Positions 38,857-48,392 of a stretch of 48,392 nt of DNA are shown here, piece by piece. Both the position numbers and the translations under genes were made by a program. The first letter of the stretch is position 1, and each line of letters begins with the position of its first letter. The notes beneath the pieces are model-generated. The model worked only from the letters and a program-made list of their open reading frames with translations, searched no databases and was not told the DNA's origin. Source of the stretch: Conidiobolus incongruus B7586 (lineage: Eukaryota); assembly GCA_000697335.1 (NCBI GenBank), contig JNEM01010786.1, forward strand, positions 1 to 48,392. The letters are read 5' to 3'.

Positions 38857-39148
38857 TTGAGAATAAATATTTATAAAATTAAAATTGGTTCATTTATTAC
38901 CAGTTTAAATCTAGATAGATTTATATTTATAGCAAATATAAAATTGAAAGATAATATTGATTGAATAATTTAAAAGTGAATAGAATTATAATAAGAATAA
39001 CGTCATTAGACAAATATTGATATTAAAATTTTCAATTTCATATAAGTTCATTTTTAATAAATATTCTATTAATAAATATTTTTAAATTATTATTATTATA
39101 TTATCTAATTTTAATCAATTTAATTTGAAATATTTACAATAACAGTCC

Positions 39149-39153
<5 letters not shown>

Positions 39154-39198
<45 letters not shown>
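39154..39198. repeat. (AT)n microsatellite
   Basis: ~22 AT units. Shorter (AT)n tracts near 24271, 28521, 33536 and 46511, and an (AAT)n tract near 34518. Confidence 0.9.
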
Positions 39199-39203
<5 letters not shown>

Positions 39204-40457
39204 TGATTAATTTTATTTACTATCAATATAATGCAAATCCAATCAAAAATATCCAAATTAAATTTTAATTTGAACAAAATCGGATGAATTATAATTGGAT
39301 AGTATTTTTTACATATCAAATTTTTTGAACAATATAAATCATATTCTAATGAATAACATATAATAATTGTATATAACTTTTCAGTTAATTTTAAAATTAA
39401 TAATACTAATTAAAATATATTTAATTATTATTAAATTTAAATTTTGTTTTAATTTTAATTTAATAAATATAATATAAATTTTATATTTAAAATATAATAA
39501 TTGAATTAATTTATATTAAATACAACAATAATAACCTTATTTCGGAATGATATTATAATGATAAATAAAACTTTTTATAATGATAATGGTTAATCAATTT
39601 TTAAGGTTATTGTTAATTGGTTGAAAAACATTTTATTCATCTGCGCGATTTAATCTTGATTCTGAGTTAATAGAACTTGTTTATGAGCCGATATGATGGA
39701 TTCATCTATTAATTAAATACAGCATAATTAATTAGTATAAAGATGGATAATAATAATTATTTAATAGTGCTTAGTTATTAATCTAGTTTTATTAAATTTT
39801 TGATATTTAATAATCTCAACAATTGGCTATCAACAATCAATAAATTTTGACGTTTCTAATTTTTTTTTCTTCAAATTTAATGATTAAATATCAAATCTAA
39901 GCACAATTCTATATATTATCTGAATATTGAATTTAAAAATATATACTTGTTATGAATAATCATAATAATATTAGCTATTTTTATTATTTATTATTAATTT
40001 CCAAATATTAATGAATATGAAATAATTATAAAAATTTTTTATTTTAAATAAGAAATTTAACTCATATTAAAAATTATTTACCAAATTATAATTTATAATC
40101 TTTTGCTTATTGTAAAAATGTAAGTATTTATTATAATTATTTTATATTGATTATAATATTATATTGTGATATAATATTATAAACTTAACTAATATGATAT
40201 TTATGAAATATTTTAAATAAGATATGAAGAGTATTTAAAGCGTGAGTGAGTTATATTTGTAATATATATATAAATTGTATGAAATTTGAAAATGAAGATG
40301 AGAAAGTAATGAAGTAGGATTTGAATGGAGAATAGAGAATTTCAATAAAAAAGGAGAAAATAATTATGATAGTTGAATAGTAATATATTAGATATTAATA
40401 GCAGAGATGTGTTTATGATTTGAAATTATATGATGCTAAACTAATTACTATTTCCAA

Positions 40458-40530
40458 GGTTCCATGGCCAAATGGATAAGGCGCTTGACTACGGATCAAG
40501 AGATTCCAGGTTCGATCCCTGGTGGAATCG
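40458..40530 (+). tRNA. tRNA-Arg (ACG)
   Basis: GGTTCCATGGCCAAATGGATAAGGCGCTTGACTACGGATCAAGAGATTCCAGGTTCGATCCCTGGTGGAATCG forms a clean cloverleaf, immediately followed by a TTTTT Pol III terminator. Confidence 0.95.
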
Positions 40531-41767
40531 TTTTTCGAATTTTTTATTACTTCCATACCAAATTTTAATCTTTTATATTTCACAATTACATCCCAATTCT
40601 TTTTCACTTTTTCACTTATTTCCATATTTATAAATTTCAAATTAGCTTATCATTCTCTTAATAATTATTTTGTATCCTAATATCTGTATTTTCATAATAA
40701 TATCATTCTTCAACTATACTAATATGTATGATTGTTAATTATTAGAATATATTGTAATTGAATTTGATGAAATATATTAAACCACAATATATAATATATC
40801 TCAAAAATTGATTAATATGTCAAAAATATATTTATTTTAAAGAATTTTTATTATTCATAATTTTCAATATTTTAAATTAATAACCTTTAATACTATTGAT
40901 AAGTTTTTTATTTCTGAATGATTTATTTCCTGATTTCTATCTTATTTACTCTAAGTTTAATCAATTAATGGATTTTTCATATATATTTATAAAGTTTAAG
41001 TATTTAATTTCAAATTAAATATATCTCGGATTATTAACCTTATTGTTTTCAGCTTTTATCAATGAATTTATGATTTAATTATGAGTTCATATTGAATAAA
41101 AATGATTTTAAGTGCTTAATTATTTATTGATAAAAAATCACTTATTTTCATGCATGACAATATTTTTTATTAAATTATAAAAATTCTAATAAAAAATCCA
41201 GATAACTTGGATTTCCTGTTTTTTCAGTCACTGAATATATAAATTGAATACCAAAATTATTAGGCCCAATAGTTTACGTAACCTATTAATTCAAATAAAA
41301 ATTTCAAATTGTACAGTAATTATTTTTATATTAATAATTGCTTCTTGAATTTATAAGCAAATGCTGAGGTATAATATATTTTTGGAACAATCAATACATT
41401 GTACCGTATATAAAAAGCTGTACTTCATTTATCTGTAAAAAATTAATCAATGTATGCTTGTCGAAATTTTATTAGCTAAGCATATTCTCGGAAGACTAAT
41501 CAAGAATTAGCTAGTTTTAATGAAAGTTTGATATTAATAATTTATATAATTTTAATATTCATCAAACAGAATGTTAAATTATAATATAATATATAGACAA
41601 ATAATATCATATAGTATTATAATGACACTAGTAAAATCCCGAATTTTGAATATTAGTCTTTTTTAATTAATAAATTAGGTTTAAGAAAAATATAAGTATT
41701 ATGTATTAAAATGATATTGTTCGAATATTACTAAATATTTTTTTATAATCAAACGTTACAAAAAATA

Positions 41768-41803
41768 TATCATCCGTTATCTTTATAAAGATAACGGATG
41801 ATA
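41768..41803. repeat. Perfect 36-bp palindrome
   Basis: TATCATCCGTTATCTTTA|TAAAGATAACGGATGATA: 18-bp arms with no spacer. Confidence 0.95.
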
Positions 41804-43204
41804 AATATCACTAAATAATATTATATGCAGTTTTTTAATCTATCAGAATGATAATATACATTAAACCTATCCAAAATATATGAAAGTGATGTAACCATCA
41901 AAAATTGACATGAGAAATAAATTTTTATCCTTTGATTTTATTTAAAAATATTCAGTAATTAAATACAACTTGTTTGGCAATAAGTTACTAACTTTACAAA
42001 GTTAAGATGTTTTATATAGATAATATTATCTTATAATAGTTATCCAGTATAAGTATCACCAATCTATTAATTTTGATGCTGTGATTGCGAATACGGACTA
42101 TTAATTGAATAATTTTTGTCTATTATTTCTTTGATATTAAATGCCAGTATTTTAGTAGATAAATAAGTTTATATTTGTATTATCACAGTATTAAAATTGT
42201 TGAAATTATGCAAAGGATATAATGATTTATTCAGTTAGAAGAGATTTGATAAAACAATAACTGGATACAGATTGGCAATTTTTTAATTAAACGTGAGAAA
42301 TTTGATATGAATAATGTTATCAAATTCTATTTTTATCTCAAATATTTACTGAGAGTTGATTAAATATACAAGTTCTCAAAGTCAGGTTGAGGTAAATATA
42401 TTTCAAGTTCTTTAAATGCTAATATGTTGATTGTATTATCATTAAGTTTTACATGGCGCGAGAAATGGATTATTTTCAACTTTTTTGAGCTTGAAATTCA
42501 ATAATTACCTGTCTAATGTTTTATATTTTACTATCTATCACTTTGATAACCTGCTTGAGGATAATTAGTTTAAACTAGCTATTTACGAGATTTTCATTTT
42601 TCAAATATTTGTATCTATTTTTAGGTTCTAATTAGATTTATAAGGAAATCGAATATTAAATCAAATTTAAATTTTTAGACTCAACTCATACGACTATATG
42701 GCTAAATAGTATAACTACGCATCAATTTATTTTATTCTATATATTTAATAATAAACAGATTTTGGATAATATAAACAAACCTCCTATTTATGCCAATTGA
42801 TAGGAAGATGGAATTTAACTAAGCTTAATTCAAAAGTTGAAATATTTGATTAATTAAAATTTATACGAATAAGGAAAATGAAATGAGAAATAAATGCATT
42901 CAAAAGTGGTACTAATTCAACTAGAATAATTAAATGTGGCAGAATTGGTGCAAGGGTTTCAAATGTTTTACTTGAGATTATGATATCAATTAACAATCAA
43001 CCCTATTTTTACTTTATTAAAGGCGTCGCAAATTTTGCTCTTATGGATCAATTCACTTTGAATTGACGCCCAGTCAATATTAATACGGTTTAATGTATAT
43101 ATAAACAAAGTTAGTTTCGATGAAAAATAAACAATCAATTCCTCTTTTTTTCTACATAGGTGGCCTTTGAATAGGTTTTTCTTTCCTTTTGTTTGTATTT
43201 AATT

Positions 43205-45370
43205 ATGCTTTTCAATCAAAAGCTAGCTTTTATTCTTTCGTTATTAATTACAACTTCTAATGCCCAAAACCAGGGATGTGAGAGAATCGTAACAAGACCC
43301 AATATTAAATCATTATCTCCAGATCAGGTTAAAGAAGTTATTGATGTCATCTATCAAGTACATTCTAATAAGCCACTTTTGCATGAATTGAGTAGAATTC
43401 ATTATGATCATAAAGAGGAAGCTCATGGTGTGCCTGCCTTCTTGCCTTGGCATAGACACTACCTCAGGGAATTCGAAAAAGAAATGCAAAAAATTAAGCC
43501 TGGTATCGTGTTACCTTTTTGGGATTGGAGTCGAGATTCTCAAGCACCCGAAAGAAGTTTTATTTTCACACCTGAATACTTTGGTGGAAATGGTCAAGGT
43601 GCTGGAAATTGTATTTCTAATGGTCGTTTTGCCAATTTGGAAGTAACTTATCCTCGCCCTCATTGCTTGGCTCGTAATTTTAATGATGGTGATACCATCA
43701 GTTCATTTTATTCTCCAGAAGCTGTTGAAAGAGTTATTGCTGGCGGAAGATCTTATGATATCTTCCGTAGAACTTTAGAAGGTGCTCCTCACGGTTTAGT
43801 CCACAATAATATTGGTGGTAATGGAGGTGATATTTCTACCATGTACTCTACTAATGATCCTATCTTTTGGATGCATCACGCTTTCATTGATCTTATTTGG
43901 CACGAATGGCAAATGAGAAATCCTCAATTGGCTAATACATATAACGGTGGCAATGCTAGATCCTCTGATCGAATGATGCCATACAATGTACCTGTTTCAG
44001 CTGTTTTGGATACTAAAGCTCCTGGATACTGTTATCAATATCCTAGATACTCTGCCAGAGTACCTCCTGTCGATGTTGAGCAGCCCCCTCCATTGAAACA
44101 GCCTCCTACTCCTACCGCAACTGATGTACTTCCTTCTCCTGTTACTACCACTCCTCGCTCACAAACTTCTCAAGTACCTACTAGCGCTCCTCCAGCTAGT
44201 TCTCCCCAACCTACTCCAACGACGCAATCTCCTCGTCCCACTCCAACAACACAACCTCCTCCAGTTAGACCTCAACCACCTGTTCAACCTCCTCGTCCCA
44301 ATCCTCCTCCTAATGGACATCGTCCTAACATTTTCGATTGGTTCAATGATATTTGGAATAGATTCTGGCCCTGGCAAGATGGTAACTTTATTATTCGTTT
44401 CCAACGCAGACATATGGGATACAATTATGAAGCCGAATCTAATTCCTACCCTGTTAAAGGCTATCCAGTTTATCCACTTCCTACTACCACTACTACAACT
44501 GAAGCTAAGTATGAGGTTAAAACTACCACTACTACATGTAATGGTAACAAGGATCAAGCTTCCACCACCACATGTAACGGCAACAAAGATGTTTCTACTA
44601 CCAAAGTTGAAAATCAATCCACCACTTCTGAATATGAAGGAGGTAATAACCAACCCACTACCATTACTAATCCCGGCAAAGATCAAGATGGATACCCCAC
44701 CAAACCTATTACTACCATTCCTGCTTATCCCACTATGCCTCCAACCAAGCCTACTCCTCCTCCCAACTCCACTCCTTATGATCAGCTCACCCCTCCAAAT
44801 GCCGGTCCTCGTTTGCGCCAGCTTTATCACCAAATTCCTCAAATGACTGGCTATCTATCACCCAAAGATCGTAAGGCCGAAGGAAAGATTCGTGTTCCTA
44901 ATCCTCTTCCCAACAAATTCATTGAAATGAACGGATTGGATCCCTTAGATGTCCGTAATCATGAATTGGATATTGCCATTTTGTGCGCCAAATTGAACAA
45001 TGATGATACCTTCAAACCCGAAGTTGGATTAAATGGAAGCACCACTAGTGAAATTAACAGCACTGGATCTAATAAGGATCAACCTAATTATGATGGCTCT
45101 AACTCTTCAAGCTCAAGCGAATCTAATAGCTCTGGCTCTAACTCTCAAGAATCCAGCAGTTCTAGCTCTCAAGAATCCAGTAGTTCTAGCTCTCAAGAAT
45201 CCAGCAGCTCTAGCTCTCAAGAATCCAGTAGTTCTAGCTCTCAAGAATCCAGTAGTTCTAGCTCCAGTGAATCACATCAAGAATCTCAATCCAGCTCACA
45301 GAGCAGTTCAAGCTCCAGCTCTAATAGCAGCAGCGAATCATCTAGTGAAAACTATGAAGGATACTACTAA
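43205..45370 (+). CDS. Secreted tyrosinase (type-3 di-copper) with long Pro/Thr/Ser-rich extension, intronless
   Basis: ATG 43205 signal peptide; CuA (IH..AHGVPAFLPWHR), CuB (PHGLVH..DPIFWMHHAFID) and YxY motif (CYQY). Then a P/T linker, an internal RR, a small helical domain (IRVPNPLPNKFIEMNGLD) and a Ser-rich tail. Confidence 0.93.
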   Translation: MLFNQKLAFILSLLITTSNAQNQGCERIVTRPNIKSLSPDQVKEVIDVIYQVHSNKPLLHELSRIHYDHKEEAHGVPAFLPWHRHYLREFEKEMQKIKPGIVLPFWDWSRDSQAPERSFIFTPEYFGGNGQGAGNCISNGRFANLEVTYPRPHCLARNFNDGDTISSFYSPEAVERVIAGGRSYDIFRRTLEGAPHGLVHNNIGGNGGDISTMYSTNDPIFWMHHAFIDLIWHEWQMRNPQLANTYNGGNARSSDRMMPYNVPVSAVLDTKAPGYCYQYPRYSARVPPVDVEQPPPLKQPPTPTATDVLPSPVTTTPRSQTSQVPTSAPPASSPQPTPTTQSPRPTPTTQPPPVRPQPPVQPPRPNPPPNGHRPNIFDWFNDIWNRFWPWQDGNFIIRFQRRHMGYNYEAESNSYPVKGYPVYPLPTTTTTTEAKYEVKTTTTTCNGNKDQASTTTCNGNKDVSTTKVENQSTTSEYEGGNNQPTTITNPGKDQDGYPTKPITTIPAYPTMPPTKPTPPPNSTPYDQLTPPNAGPRLRQLYHQIPQMTGYLSPKDRKAEGKIRVPNPLPNKFIEMNGLDPLDVRNHELDIAILCAKLNNDDTFKPEVGLNGSTTSEINSTGSNKDQPNYDGSNSSSSSESNSSGSNSQESSSSSSQESSSSSSQESSSSSSQESSSSSSQESSSSSSSESHQESQSSSQSSSSSSSNSSSESSSENYEGYY
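45143..45262 (+). repeat. Coding minisatellite, 5 x 24 bp (SQESSSSS)
   Basis: Unit TCTCAAGAATCCAGYAGYTCTAGC repeated five times. Confidence 0.95.
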
Positions 45371-48300
45371 TTCAAAAGCTTACTAAATAATCTGAATTAA
45401 TCACAAAATTTATTTATATTCATTAAATTAATAAATCATTTTAATCATAAAATCATTTTAGTGTATGTTATCCTATAGCATAAATTCTATTATATTAATT
45501 TTATAATTTTTTTATAAAAATGATTATTAAACAATATCATTTTTATCATGTAAGACTAATTACTTTTTGAAATTTTTAATTAGTTAATTAATATTAAATA
45601 TATAGTTTTAATTAAATAAATATTTCCAATATTCAATTCAATTTATAATGTACTTTAATTCAGAGATTTTAGTGAATGTAATGATTTTTGAATAAAAAAA
45701 TTAGTTTTTAAAATAATGTTTAGGTTAATTATTGAAATTCATGAAAATGAATTATACTATTAAAAATTTTATTATTACAATTATATTATCGAATCATTTT
45801 CTCATGATTATAATCTCCAAATTACCCACATATCAAAATAAAAATAAGATTTATTCACTTAAACACATTAGAACATAATAGTTATTAGATTGTTTCAAGC
45901 TATATAACTATTAAAATGTTAGACCTTGATACAAAAACTCAATATATTTCTCTAGTATATAATTGATGAAAAATAATTTTAAGATTTTAATAATATGATG
46001 CTTAATTTTCAAATTTTTAGTATTCAAAAGCCATTCAACAAATTTAATTATATCAAATCCCTGTATTTCGGAGTTTATTGTGAATTATAATTGTGTCTAG
46101 AGAATTCAAGGTATATGAACAAAATATTTTCTTATACACTCTGTTCAATATAAATTCGGAGAAAAATTTACTTCAATCATTTTGTATGAATTTCGTTATA
46201 ACATTCCATGTTGATTTTAATATTGTTGAAATCACCTTAAAAATATTTACTATAATCAATATTAAGGTCAATTAAATTCAAAAATGAGATTGAAGCAAAT
46301 TTTTTAATAAAATAATATTTTATAATTAATTCTAATTTTCTGATATTGGTTATCTTTATATTTTTAATATTTTTAAGCTATTATTTAAAGATTACTGCTT
46401 ATAATTTATTTAATAGAATCATTTTTTAAACAATTCTTTCATCATCTATAATTCTACATTTCATAAAAATTCAATTTATTTTATAATATTAATGAAATTA
46501 AAATACAAACATATATATATATATATATATATAATAAAATGAATAATCCTTGTAAGTGTATTAGGTAATAAAATAGATATAATGCAAAGGAAGACTTAAT
46601 ATAAAAGTAGCGTGGCTTTTAGCATAGAATTAATAATATGGCAAGATGAAGTAAATGGAAACAAAGTTTAATTAAGCTTCAAAAATAGAATTAATATAGA
46701 TATTTTAGATTTCATATTAGATAGCATCAATAATATACATTGATAGATATAATCTTAACCTTAGAGAAAATAATGATAAAATATCAGAAATAATAAGAAT
46801 TAAGAGGAAAAAAAGATGCTTGTTTATTAGTAAAATCAATATTATTTATATAATGAAATTACCTTTAAAAATATAAATTAATTTAAAGTTAAATAAATTA
46901 TATATAATTATATATAAGATGTTCAAAAGCTAACTTTTTAACAATTAGACATTATATTAATATATATTAAACAGTAAGTATTATTAATAATATTATAATT
47001 TATCTATATATTACTTTAGATAAAATTAACTAAATTACAAAATCAACAAATATACATTATATATTAATTTATTAGAAGTTATTATAGTTACGAATTAAAT
47101 AAAACTGAGCTAGAAATATTTACCTTAATATGGTTGCCATTGAAAGGGATATTTTAACCTTTTGTTTTAAAAACTAATGATTTTCTAAATAATCCAATTT
47201 ATAAGCTATAATTTGATAGGTTTAAAATATTTGAATTATCTGGCTCTCTTAATTATGCCTTATTTTATATTTCTATTAATTTTTTTCTTTGTTTATCTTT
47301 TACTTATTTTGATTTTTTTTAATATTTAATACCTATATATATATATATATTTATAAAGGAAGTCTATTTTTTGATAAATAGTGATTTTATCAAAAATTAC
47401 TCTAAATATTATAGAGTAATTAATTTTATCAACGTAATTGCCTTACAAATAATATTCTAACTTATTCTTCATTTTAAACTCTTGTATTTTTATTTTTTAT
47501 CAAACTATCTCTTAAATCCTTTATAACTTTTTTTATTTCCTTATATTTAAATTAAGTAAAAAGCTATTTCATATAAAACCTTATGATATATCTAAATCAT
47601 AAAATAATAAGTATAAAGCATATGTTCTTTTAATTAACCTATCTTATTAATTTTGGAATTTTATATTATAATTTATAATCTTAGGTTTATAAGTCTATGT
47701 TTAAGTTGTCAATTTATACTTTTGAAATTAAAGTTTATTTATTTTCTAGTTATTAAGTTGATATATTTTTTAATTTGAATTTATTTATTTTGGAACTGTA
47801 TTTTGTATTATTAATTAATAATTATTGAAATACTTATAGCCTATTTATTTTTTTATTTCTTTAGTAATATGATGGCTATAGGGAAATTTTTACTTTTTAC
47901 ATAGTTTTTGAACTAAATGATTTTTGATTGAAATTGGATAAATTTAAAAATGTAAGGTAACGAAATGAATGTTTCAACCCTTTGTTAAAAAATGATGATA
48001 CTTTAGATAATTTATTTTAGAAACCATAGATTGATAAATTTGAAATATATAAACCATATAACTTTTTAAATTAAGCTCCTCTTTTGATTTTACTAACTTT
48101 ACTTGTTTATATTTATTTATATTCTTTAATAATTTATTTAATATTCAATATTTTTATATGAATTTTTCTAATAAGGATGTTTACTCCATATTATTATTGT
48201 AGTTTTATATATTTCATTACAAATTATTAATATATTATAATTTGTTTTTATGAAATTTTTTTGAATTATATAATTTACTAATAAAATTTAATTTGTTTAA

Positions 48301-48392
48301 AATATACTCTTATCATTAATTTTATATTATATTGAGAATTTAATTTTAACATTTATTCTATTATTTAAATATATTAATTTTTAATTTATATA

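Noticed and set aside
39134..39319. 61-aa ORF (also 25002-25184 and 46093-46275)
   Set aside because: AT-rich intergenic or microsatellite-derived ORFs without coding character.
40413..40640. 75-aa minus-strand ORF
   Set aside because: Overlaps the tRNA-Arg antisense; a typical spurious tRNA-derived translation.
45143..45262. 24-bp repeats as a CRISPR array
   Set aside because: Contiguous in-frame repeats without spacers, in a eukaryotic CDS.
44124..45386. Alternative-frame ORFs in the tyrosinase
   Set aside because: By-products of low-complexity P/T/S codons and the 24-bp repeat.

Overview
Very AT-rich eukaryotic nuclear DNA with short (~50-65 nt) GT-AG introns. Composition, intron style and gene content (MCM8, plant/Dictyostelium-type citrate synthase, secreted tyrosinase and M14 carboxypeptidase) suggest an early-diverging fungus, probably Zoopagomycota/Conidiobolus-like (inference). 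Protein genes: ALDH7-type aldehyde dehydrogenase; head-to-head MOCS2A and mitochondrial ACP; SmG (3 exons, missed by the ORF track); an F-BAR/SH3 Hof1/Cdc15-like protein; secreted carboxypeptidase A; a TMEM198/DUF4203 membrane protein plus a disrupted tandem paralogue; a 12-exon citrate synthase with PTS2 and a PTS1-like end; a 5-exon SDR; a small secreted orphan; MCM8; a GRAM-VASt protein; and a secreted tyrosinase. There are also tRNA-Phe(GAA), a degenerate second copy, and tRNA-Arg(ACG). The most notable observation is a Trp-rich motif ([WF]ND[LI]W-x2-3-WP[FW]Q) shared by two unrelated secreted enzymes, in both cases after a low-complexity linker. Other highlights are dual peroxisomal signals and a skippable duplicated exon in citrate synthase, wobble-rich tRNA-Phe acceptor stems with G4:U69, and a perfect 36-bp palindrome. 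Exon models were built by hand and are not validated by transcripts.
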